Shown here in pieces: positions 18,541 through 26,501 of a stretch of 37,936 nt of DNA. The notes below the pieces were generated by a model. That model was not told where the DNA came from, did no database searches, and saw only the letters and a program-made list of their open reading frames with translations. The DNA lies in the IMG/VR virus record IMGVR_UViG_3300049173_000140, positions 1-37,936 of that record; one strand, 5' to 3'. The first letter of the stretch is position 1. Each line of letters starts with the position of its first letter. The position numbers and the translations under genes are program-made. Source of the DNA: a virus. Lineage: Duplodnaviria; Caudoviricetes.

Positions 18541-20165
18541 GCGGTGGTTTCCTCGGTCTGGCCGTTGCCGCCGCGCTTGTCGGATGCGTCGTCTTCATCC
18601 GTGCGGTTCGCCTGCCCGCTCGCGGCCATCGCAACGGCAATGGGCTGCGCGGTGTTCAGGCCGCGCTCGGCGGCCATGCGCATCTCGATGGCGCGCTGGT
18701 CCATGACTTCCTCGAAGTCGTCGCCCTGCTCGGCGCATTCCTTCTCCAGCGTCGAAATGCCGGTTTCGATACGGAGCGCCGCGGCCTGCGCTTCCTTGAC
18801 TGGATCGACCCAGCCCCGGCCGCCGAAGATGAAGCGCGCCCGCACGTAGGCGTAGCGGTTCTCGTAGAAGCCCGGCGCTTCGATCTCGCCGGCGTTGATC
18901 GCCTCTTCGAGCCACAGCTCGTAGATGGCGCGCAGCCAGTAGTCCGACAGCCAGCGGCGACGGCCATGGAAGTAGCGCCAGGCTTCGAGCAGCGCGGCGC
19001 GCGCGCTGCTGTAGTTCGTCTTGCTGAAGTCCTTCAGCAGCAGCTCATACGGCAGGTTCATGCCGGCCGCGATGTGGCGCAGCGAGGCGAGCATGAAGGC
19101 CTCGAAGGCCTGATTGGGGCGCCCGGGCGTGAAGCTCGACAGGCGCGCACCGGCAGGCAGCGGAATGACCGCGGCGCCCTTGAGCTGGCGGATGTTGCGG
19201 GTCTGCGCGACCGAAGCGTTCCAGGCATCGCGCGGGTTCTCGCCAAACAGTTCGGCGGCAGAGGCCGGGTCCAGATCGGATTCGAGGAATGCGGCGACCA
19301 GCGAATTGGCGAGGCTGGCCTGCAGCTCGTTGGCAGCGTACTTGCCAGCCATGTGGAACTCGCGCATGACGGCCGTGACCACGGGCTTGCCGCGCGACTG
19401 TCCGGTGCGCTCCTTGTCATGCAGATGGATGACGCGGCGCCGGCCCCACGGCGTGAAGGCGGGGATGCGGTCCCACTCCATGAGTTGCGCGTCGCGCGTC
19501 ATGCCGTAGAAGCCGAACGCGAAGGCATCGCCCGGGTGCCGCTTGAGGACGTGGTACGCGACCGGCGCGCCCCACTTGTCGAACTCGATGCCCTTGCGGA
19601 TGTCCTCGCGGTGCTCCATGCCGATGGGGGTCGCGAGCCGGTCGGACTCCACCATCATCAGTCGCGTGTTCCAGCGCGTGCCGGGCCGCGGCAGCCACAG
19701 CGGCAAGCCGAGGGCGTCGCCGTTGAGCATCGCGCCACCCAGCGCCTGAAGGGTCAGGCCGAGCAGGTTCTGCGTGCGCGCCGCATCGCACTCGGTGGTC
19801 TCGGCCCACGAGCGGAACTTGGCTTCGGTGATGTTGCCCCACTCCCGGGCCTTCTCGCGGGTCCAGCCGAGCAGCCGGTAGTCGGGCGCGGCACTCAGGC
19901 GCAGCACGGCGCCGACAATGTTGTCGCGCAGCGTCTGCATGCCGCCAGCCATCAGGCCGTTGTTGCGGCCGAGGTCGCGGGAGCGCGCGGTCAGCGTGTC
20001 GAGGTCGGGCAGCAGATCCGCATCGGCGCTGCCGCCGACCGGATTCCAGTCGCGCATCGCCAGGTCGCTGCCCGAGGCGGCATCGTGGGCGGCCATTGCG
20101 GCGCCAGGGCGCGCCGAGGCGCTCGCACTTGCAGCCGGATGGAATCGACGTGCGCGGCGTGCCAT
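18537..20165 (-). CDS. Portal protein (lambda gpB family), about 542 aa
   Basis: RSRDLGRNNG, GQSRGKP, DFSKTNYSSARAALLE, GRGWVDPVKEAQA. Start could instead be the GTG at 20198. Confidence 0.93.
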   Translation of the reverse strand: MARRARRFHPAASASASARPGAAMAAHDAASGSDLAMRDWNPVGGSADADLLPDLDTLTARSRDLGRNNGLMAGGMQTLRDNIVGAVLRLSAAPDYRLLGWTREKAREWGNITEAKFRSWAETTECDAARTQNLLGLTLQALGGAMLNGDALGLPLWLPRPGTRWNTRLMMVESDRLATPIGMEHREDIRKGIEFDKWGAPVAYHVLKRHPGDAFAFGFYGMTRDAQLMEWDRIPAFTPWGRRRVIHLHDKERTGQSRGKPVVTAVMREFHMAGKYAANELQASLANSLVAAFLESDLDPASAAELFGENPRDAWNASVAQTRNIRQLKGAAVIPLPAGARLSSFTPGRPNQAFEAFMLASLRHIAAGMNLPYELLLKDFSKTNYSSARAALLEAWRYFHGRRRWLSDYWLRAIYELWLEEAINAGEIEAPGFYENRYAYVRARFIFGGRGWVDPVKEAQAAALRIETGISTLEKECAEQGDDFEEVMDQRAIEMRMAAERGLNTAQPIAVAMAASGQANRTDEDDASDKRGGNGQTEETTA

Positions 20166-20166
20166 C

Positions 20167-20394
20167 TCAGACGATGTAGATGGGGCCACGCGAGCCACCG
20201 CCGGAGCGGCGGTCGAGCTCTTCGCTCACGGCAGCGATTTCCTTGCGGATCTCGGCGACGTTTTGCTGGTACTGGACGGAACGCCCGTTGTGGGCGGCGG
20301 AGGTGGGAGCGGTCAGCCGATCCTGCAGCGACGCCACGAGGCGCGTGCGGGTGGCTTGAAGTTCAGCAACTGAGAGGTGGCGGTAAATGCCCAT
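20167..20394 (-). CDS. Head-tail adaptor, gpW-like, 75 aa
   Basis: Helix-hairpin (NGRSVQY)-helix pattern ending RGPIYIV, just upstream of the portal. Confidence 0.8.
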   Translation of the reverse strand: MGIYRHLSVAELQATRTRLVASLQDRLTAPTSAAHNGRSVQYQQNVAEIRKEIAAVSEELDRRSGGGSRGPIYIV

Positions 20395-20620
20395 GCATGC
20401 GATGACAACAGTTCATCGCGGACATTTCCGCTGGACAAATTCACAAAATCACGTCCACCCAGAGCCGCCCACCTCCATGCGATCACTCGCCATGCACGGA
20501 ACTCAGCAATCGGAATGACCATCGAAGCTATTTGCCGCGCTCTTTCCGGCCTCCCCTGAACGTGGTGGGGACGCCCTTCGCCGTTTGGTCTAATGCAGGT
20601 GAACGGAATATTGGGATCCC

Positions 20621-21505
20621 ATGGCAAACACCCGTCTTTCCAAGGCCTTGTGCAAAGTGGTTGGCGAAGTCATCCAGACGACCGGCGGACACCCCACTCT
20701 AGACGCGCTATTCTTGTCCTCGGGGGCGCCTGGAGAACCGCCCCCCCTGGCCCATCATTCGAAATGGAAGGAATGGCTGTTCCGTGCCGGTCAAGATGAA
20801 AACACGGACAGCCTACAAGTGCTTGGGAATGTGCTTGAAGAGTACATGGACGCAGCGCCTGCAGCGGGATCCGAGGCACATGCCACATGGGTGGAGAATC
20901 GAGCGCGTATCGAGGCTGCTCTTGTCAACGATGGGCTTCGCTACTACCGGCTCGGCAGAGTACTACCTCAAGCGCAGTTCTCCGGGATCGACGATGGAAA
21001 TTCCGGTTCGCCACGGCCGGTTCCATCGAGGCCGAGCGACGTTGACGAGGTGCTCCAGGTTATCGTGAAGGGCCTAAGGCGCGCGATGCATCCACTCACG
21101 TATCGTCGAAAGGGGGCGCAAGAGCTACGGTTCTCAAACGAGTACGACGTGCAAGATCTGCTTCACGCACTGCTAAGGCCTTGGATCCTTGACGTTCGCC
21201 CAGAAGAGTACACGCCGAGCTATGCAGGTAAGAGCACTCGCATGGACTTCCTCCTTCCCGCGCATGAGTTGGTCATCGAGACAAAATATGTTCGCGATCG
21301 AATGCACGCGAAAGCTCTTGGTGAAGAACTCATCGTCGACATCGCCCACTACGCCCGACATCCGGAGTGCAAGAAGCTGTGGTGCGTTGTGTACGACCCA
21401 GAGCATTTCATAACGAACGCAGAAGGCTTACGCGCAGATCTTGAAGGAACGCGTGTCACGAACGGCCAGAGCATCATGGTGCGTCTATTCGTGCTAAGTT
21501 TGTGA
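20621..21505 (+). CDS. PD-(D/E)xK nuclease (REase_DpnII-MboI-like C-terminus) with AbiJ-N-like helical N-terminus; candidate anti-phage protein, 294 aa
   Basis: NEYDVQDLLHALL, EEYTPSYAG, RMDFLL, VIETK, EELIVDIAHY, VYDP. N-terminus has LDALF..SGAP...SK..EWL and IEAALVNDGLRY. Opposite strand to the late genes, lower GC. Confidence 0.75.
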   Translation: MANTRLSKALCKVVGEVIQTTGGHPTLDALFLSSGAPGEPPPLAHHSKWKEWLFRAGQDENTDSLQVLGNVLEEYMDAAPAAGSEAHATWVENRARIEAALVNDGLRYYRLGRVLPQAQFSGIDDGNSGSPRPVPSRPSDVDEVLQVIVKGLRRAMHPLTYRRKGAQELRFSNEYDVQDLLHALLRPWILDVRPEEYTPSYAGKSTRMDFLLPAHELVIETKYVRDRMHAKALGEELIVDIAHYARHPECKKLWCVVYDPEHFITNAEGLRADLEGTRVTNGQSIMVRLFVLSL

Positions 21506-21512
21506 GGAACAT

Positions 21513-21797
21513 ATGTTCAACATTCTCAAGCAGATACCCCAGCCCAATGTCTACCAGATGTGGTTCGCAACTCAACCGCGGACGCTATGGATCACACGTA
21601 CAACTTGGACCAACCTATGTGCTCGCGTGATCTCCGTCGGCGAAGCCAAAGGGCCTGCACCCTACTACGGCAACCCTAAAGTCATCGCAGATATCTACAA
21701 CGTGGCCGGTCAATGCACACAGCGTGGCGCAGAGATCAGCGTTCCTGGCACTTACAAGACTTGGCGGCAGATCTCGGAACCCCATTGGGCCAAGTAG
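21513..21797 (+). CDS. Hypothetical protein, 94 aa, aromatic/beta-rich
   Basis: GAGGA RBS, 7 bp after the nuclease stop; non-shadow composition (NVYQMW, PYYGNP, PGTYKTW). Confidence 0.75.
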   Translation: MFNILKQIPQPNVYQMWFATQPRTLWITRTTWTNLCARVISVGEAKGPAPYYGNPKVIADIYNVAGQCTQRGAEISVPGTYKTWRQISEPHWAK

Positions 21798-21921
21798 CCC
21801 AAGCGATGGCAAGCCTCGTAAAGCAACCTGTGTTCGAAACATCGCGAAGGCCGACTCGACTGATCCGTCTCTGGCAATTCGTGAAGATTAGATGCACGGC
21901 TGCCTGCCCTTTACGGCAAGT

Positions 21922-23157
21922 TCAACTCTCAAGTTGCAGGCAAGCGGAATCTAGAACAAAGTGCAGACGCAGGCGCGTCAGAATATCGGGTGTCATTCCG
22001 TCGATGTCGTCAAACGATTTTGCCGCGCTCATCCGTCGAAAGAACGCATGCAGCTGCGTCGCAGTTCGTGGACTCACGCCCAAGACTTCCTGAAATGCCT
22101 GCCAAGAGCAGACACAGGGATCAATCTTTTCGATTTGACTCGGCACTCCTAACAGATGTGCAAGATTGCGGAGGCTCGTCACTGAAAGCGCCAGGCCCGT
22201 CGGATCCGCCAGATTCGAAAGGCGACTCAGTCGATCCTTAATGGTCTCGACTTCCCTGGTAAGCTTACTTAGCGCTTTCTCAAGCCGCTCCGCTTGAATC
22301 TGCAAGTCCGTTTGCTCCTGCAAGGTGCCATTGAGGCTGTTCAAATCGATCTCGAAGCGATCCGTGATGCGCTTCTGCGTGCCATGATGAAAGTAGGACG
22401 CGTCAACTCGAAACTCGCGCACGTGCCGAGACGCGCCCGCTAGAACGGTTGGCCCCGTGCCATAGAGAAAGCTAAGCTTCTTTTTCGGAAGCAAGCTTCG
22501 GATCCCTTGAACGAATGCACGCGGTTCGCCATGCTCCCAGTACAAGGGCGGCTCGATCGCAAAGTGGATATCGGAAGCTGCAGCGTCGCCGACGTTCTCT
22601 ATGACGACCTCCAAGAGCATTCCTCTGACTACGTCGACGCGAACCGAAACCAGTGCGGCCACAAGCACTCGACGGTTGCGAACGTCGTTGATTTCATAGT
22701 CCTCCATGGGAGACGACTTGAAATTGTGGCGCTTGAAGTAGCGCTTTGTGATTCCGTCCTGATGTGGGCCGCGTTCGCTGCGCGGTACAGACACAACGTA
22801 AACCGAGCGTTCGACGTTCAGCTGTATCTGGGAGATCCGGAGGCCCTCAAGCCGAGGCGCCACATTGGACTGAATGATGTCTTCGAGTCGTTCTTTGGTC
22901 CACTCTTTATGGTCGACCCCTCCATCCATCCTCGATGGCTTGTGATCTTCTTCGGCGATGCCATAGATGATGACGCCGCCGTCGGAGTTGGCGAACGCCG
23001 AAACGTCCTTCGAAATCTCACTGCGCCCCTTGTCCGCCATGAGTGCGTCACTTCGCTTGAATTCGAGGTGAATGCTCTCGGTCAGGCGCCGCTCGATGAT
23101 CGCCTGAAGCTCTTCAAGAGTCTGCGGGTGGGCGTAGGGAAGCAAGAGGTTCGACAT
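21922..23157 (-). CDS. Schlafen/AlbA_2-domain protein with C-terminal Ig-like, coiled-coil and HhH-like regions, 411 aa
   Basis: TESIHLEFK, ISKDVSAFANSDGGVIIYGIAE, GPHQ, RYFKR (AlbA_2). Start MSNLLLP with GGTGGA upstream. Confidence 0.85.
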   Translation of the reverse strand: MSNLLLPYAHPQTLEELQAIIERRLTESIHLEFKRSDALMADKGRSEISKDVSAFANSDGGVIIYGIAEEDHKPSRMDGGVDHKEWTKERLEDIIQSNVAPRLEGLRISQIQLNVERSVYVVSVPRSERGPHQDGITKRYFKRHNFKSSPMEDYEINDVRNRRVLVAALVSVRVDVVRGMLLEVVIENVGDAAASDIHFAIEPPLYWEHGEPRAFVQGIRSLLPKKKLSFLYGTGPTVLAGASRHVREFRVDASYFHHGTQKRITDRFEIDLNSLNGTLQEQTDLQIQAERLEKALSKLTREVETIKDRLSRLSNLADPTGLALSVTSLRNLAHLLGVPSQIEKIDPCVCSWQAFQEVLGVSPRTATQLHAFFRRMSAAKSFDDIDGMTPDILTRLRLHFVLDSACLQLES

Positions 23158-23446
23158 AGGTCCACCGAGAAGTAAAACATCGTAGTTCACTACTAGGCCC
23201 GAACTTCCGCTTTCGGTCAACGGTAAGTCGACCCGAAATCCATCGATTTCGGATGTTTCAAGAGACGAGCAGAGAGCGCGCCTTCGGCGATAGGAGCGAC
23301 CAGCTCGAATTGACCTTGGACCCATCGTCGCTGAGCGATCTCCGAACTGACCTGAGTGCGAGGCGCTCAGCGTTAGGATCGGGCGTAGCGAGTCTCGACG
23401 CCAACCTCCCGCATCACGACGCACCTAACTGAATCCAAAGCTTGGC

Positions 23447-23743
23447 TTACCGCCCACTCGCAAGAATCCTGCGCAAATGTCTCGGGGTCATCTCGAACTC
23501 GCGCGCCAGCTCGAAAAGATTGCTTCCATTGAACCGGCGGACGATTTCCTGATGGACTCTCTGGCGATCACGCGCGCTGCGCTTTGGTAAGTAGACATGT
23601 GCACCGCCCAGGCGCAGCAAGATCCGGTCAACCAGCGAGGCTGCCGCCTCATTGGGTGTTGCAATGCCGAAGCATCGTGCCATCGCGCGCGCTTCCTCCT
23701 CGATGATGGCAAGTGGTTCGTCGTTGGGAATTGAGGCCGTCAT
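23447..23743 (-). CDS. Mor/C-family transcription activator, 98 aa
   Basis: LGGAHVYLPK...EIVRRFNGSNLFELAREFEMTPRHLRRIL matches the Mu Mor/C pattern. Confidence 0.88.
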   Translation of the reverse strand: MTASIPNDEPLAIIEEEARAMARCFGIATPNEAAASLVDRILLRLGGAHVYLPKRSARDRQRVHQEIVRRFNGSNLFELAREFEMTPRHLRRILASGR

Positions 23744-23744
23744 A

Positions 23745-25802
23745 TCAGTTCAAGGCAATGGGAGAGAAGATGTCCACATCTGCTGCGGTGGACGCCGTAG
23801 GCAGGGGGGATGGAGTGATCGGATGCGATGACTTCGTGTCTGGCAGAGGGATGGTCACCCTGACGCTGGTAGGCGCACTGGCGTTGGAAAAGAGATCCCG
23901 AGGCGGCTGCACCGCGGCTTCGAGTTCGCCCCACCGCTTGTCCGAATGGTTGTGCAGTCCGAGTCCGAAGGCCGCATGCAACGCATAGTTGCGGTTATCG
24001 AGCACCTCATTGCGCGGCCGGCGCTTCACCCAGCGATAGGCCTCTTTGCCGTTCACCTTGGCAAGAATGCGCTGCTCGGACGTGAGCTGCTCGTACCACT
24101 CACGCGGCAGCTCTTGGCTGAAATGCACGAACCCAGGCCCGGCCTTCTCGATGGCGAGCTGGCCGAGCAGCAGATCCTTCGCGGTATCGACACCGACATT
24201 CCACAGCTTGATGCCGTTCGGGATCTTCTTGCCGTTGAACCGCACCTCCTGCGGACTGCTCGGGCCGAGGACATGGATGTTCTCTTCGCCACGCCCCTTG
24301 ACTGCACGCAGCTTCGGCAAGTGATGTTGGTTCTTTCGAACCCAGTTGTAGACAGCCTGCGTCTGGTCGCTGGAGTCGATGGAGATGGCGCTCAGGCCCA
24401 TGCTCGCGCCGTGCCAGGCCTGCTTGTAGCGCCGGTTCAGGTACTCGGTCACCGGTAGCCAATCGTCTTCCGAGGCGGGATTGCCGTGGATGACGTGGTG
24501 GTCAACGATCCACGATTCGAGTCCGCGGCCCCAAGCCCACACGTCGATTTCCCATCGGTCGCGCTGCACGTCCACGCCGGCCGTGAGCACAAGGCCACCG
24601 ACGGGCACCGTGCGCAGCGCATATGGCTCGGCGCGCGCCTGCAGCGCATGCTCGTCGGTGCGCTCGCCGGATACCTCCCAGGTCTCACCAAGCGTCTCAT
24701 TGACGAAGAGCTGCATGGGCCCGGTGTCGCCGCTGGCGAGCGGGCCGAGTGCTTCCTCGAATTCCTTGACGATGCTTTCCCAGGTGCGCTGCGGGCTGTA
24801 GGCCGCCCAGATATGCAGGCCCAGGGACTTCGGAGGCCGAGTCGGCATGCCGGCGCTGTCGCGCCAGATGCGATCCGGGCCGTAGCGCTTGCCGGTCTTG
24901 CCACACACCCACGAGCCGAACAGCGGCAGATCGCTCGGCAGGTAGTCGTTCTGGCGGATGGATTTGTGGCAATGGGGGCAGACATGACGAACGCTCTCGG
25001 GCTGGCCCCGCTCCCACTTGAAGCCGTAGAGCTTGTCCTTGCCGCCCCACATGAGCGGATGCTCGACGCCGCAATGCGGGCAGTCGATGTGAAAGCGCAC
25101 ATAGCCTTCGGCGTTGTCGACCGCGCGCTCGACATGGCAAAGGCCCTTGACGCCCGGTGTCGAGCCGCCGACGAACTTCGGATAGGGCGCGCCTTCGAGC
25201 CGGCCCTTCGCCAGGCCGCCCGGGTCGCCCGACTTCTCGATCAACTGGTCGAACGCCGACCATTCGTCGAGGATCGCGATGGCCACCGTAATGCGACGGT
25301 AGGCGCGCTTGGCCTTGCCGCCGAGCAGATGGAGAACGCTCTCGCGGAATTTCTTGAGCTTGATGGTGTCCTCGACACCCCTGCCCTGCTTGCGCGCTGC
25401 GCGCACTGCCGGCACGCCGTCTACCGGGTCGAGGATCGGGTCGATCTCACTCTTGACGTAGCTGTCGCGGTCGTCGTCAGTGGGCTGCCACAGCGCCTGC
25501 TTGCGGCGGCGGTGCGCGATGTTGTAGGCGACGAAGGCGCTGATCATCTTCGTGTAGCCCACGCGCTTGGACTTCATCACATCGAGTTCCTCGATGCGGT
25601 CGTCGCTCATGCAGTCGAGGATGCCGACCTGAAAGGACCAAGCGACCCAGCCGCCCTTTTGGTGCGAGCTTTCTCCGGCGAGCTTGAAGTGCTCGGCCGC
25701 CCAGTCGCTCAGGCGCTGGAAGGCCTCCGCGCGAAGACCGCTCAGGCCGATGCGCACAGCGCCGATGGCGGCGTCGAGTGTTTCACGCGAAACGGGCTTC
25801 AA
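23745..25802 (-). CDS. terL: Terminase large subunit (lambda GpA family), 685 aa
   Basis: MKSKRVGYTKM Walker A variant, AILDE Walker B, GSTP, CPHC twice, LTAGVDVQ, RNEVLD. Confidence 0.95.
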   Translation of the reverse strand: MKPVSRETLDAAIGAVRIGLSGLRAEAFQRLSDWAAEHFKLAGESSHQKGGWVAWSFQVGILDCMSDDRIEELDVMKSKRVGYTKMISAFVAYNIAHRRRKQALWQPTDDDRDSYVKSEIDPILDPVDGVPAVRAARKQGRGVEDTIKLKKFRESVLHLLGGKAKRAYRRITVAIAILDEWSAFDQLIEKSGDPGGLAKGRLEGAPYPKFVGGSTPGVKGLCHVERAVDNAEGYVRFHIDCPHCGVEHPLMWGGKDKLYGFKWERGQPESVRHVCPHCHKSIRQNDYLPSDLPLFGSWVCGKTGKRYGPDRIWRDSAGMPTRPPKSLGLHIWAAYSPQRTWESIVKEFEEALGPLASGDTGPMQLFVNETLGETWEVSGERTDEHALQARAEPYALRTVPVGGLVLTAGVDVQRDRWEIDVWAWGRGLESWIVDHHVIHGNPASEDDWLPVTEYLNRRYKQAWHGASMGLSAISIDSSDQTQAVYNWVRKNQHHLPKLRAVKGRGEENIHVLGPSSPQEVRFNGKKIPNGIKLWNVGVDTAKDLLLGQLAIEKAGPGFVHFSQELPREWYEQLTSEQRILAKVNGKEAYRWVKRRPRNEVLDNRNYALHAAFGLGLHNHSDKRWGELEAAVQPPRDLFSNASAPTSVRVTIPLPDTKSSHPITPSPLPTASTAADVDIFSPIALN

Positions 25803-26371
25803 ACGGATGCCCCCGTGGTTGCGAGCATCCCTGCGGGTTCGTCGTCGTCTTCGGCCTCTTCGTCGTCCTCGCCATACGCATCCTCAACCCGTTCGGCCAC
25901 CAGTTTGGCAGTCGAGCGAATCCATTCGTTGCGCGCCGACGCGACGATCTGCATCACGGTGGCCTTCGCTTCGTCTGGCAGATCGGGACACGTCCGGCGC
26001 AAAGCGCCTTCCAACTGCTCGAAGCGATCCACCACCGCGCTCGATGCGGTGCTGAGCACATCGGCCAGCAGTTCGACCGGCGCGTACTCCCCGCGCGCGG
26101 TGGCGTTCTTGATTTCCTGTGCCTCTCGCTGGCTGCGCGCGAGCGCGGCGCGCTCCTGCACCAGGTCGAGTCCGCCCATCTCGGCCGACATGCGGCCGGC
26201 CGCCACTTCGCGCTGACGCTGGCAGTAGGCATGCAGCCATGCACGCGCCGTCTCGCCGCGCACGATGACACCCTCGCCGACAAGCTGGCTGACCTTCGCT
26301 TCGCTGACGCCGATCATTTCCGCGAACTCGGCCTGCGTGACCTGCACATTGAGTGCTTCGATGACCTTCAC
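25799..26371 (-). CDS. terS: Terminase small subunit (Nu1-like), 190 aa
   Basis: N-terminal HTH (TQAEFAEMIGVSEAKVSQL), ERAALA coiled coil, RGEY; stop overlaps the TerL start. Confidence 0.85.
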   Translation of the reverse strand: MKVIEALNVQVTQAEFAEMIGVSEAKVSQLVGEGVIVRGETARAWLHAYCQRQREVAAGRMSAEMGGLDLVQERAALARSQREAQEIKNATARGEYAPVELLADVLSTASSAVVDRFEQLEGALRRTCPDLPDEAKATVMQIVASARNEWIRSTAKLVAERVEDAYGEDDEEAEDDDEPAGMLATTGASV

Positions 26372-26408
26372 TTAACCCCCTTAGGAAGTGCGCTGAACAG
26401 TCCGAGCA

Positions 26409-26451
26409 CGCGGTTCGAATTACCCGTATCCAGTGCTCTCAGGAGGGACCC
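26409..26451 (-). other. Putative cos site (cosQ-like GGGTCCC and cosN-like TACG-GGTAATTCGAAC-CGCG)
   Basis: Same layout as lambda GGGTCCT...TTACG-GGGCGGCGACCT-CGCG, just upstream of terS. Confidence 0.7.
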
Positions 26452-26501
26452 GCTCCTTTTGTCGGCGGCGCCCCGCGGGGCGGACATGCCTTGCCAGTAC
26501 T

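Noticed and set aside
20621-21505. Classical type II restriction-modification system
   Set aside because: No methyltransferase gene anywhere in the window.
23158-23424. 89-aa N-terminal extension of the Schlafen ORF in the track
   Set aside because: Low-complexity Arg/Ser-rich sequence; the domain and a plausible RBS point to the ATG at 23157.
23253-23432. 59-codon plus-strand ORF (MFQETSRERAFG...)
   Set aside because: No RBS or recognisable motif; cannot be told apart from chance.
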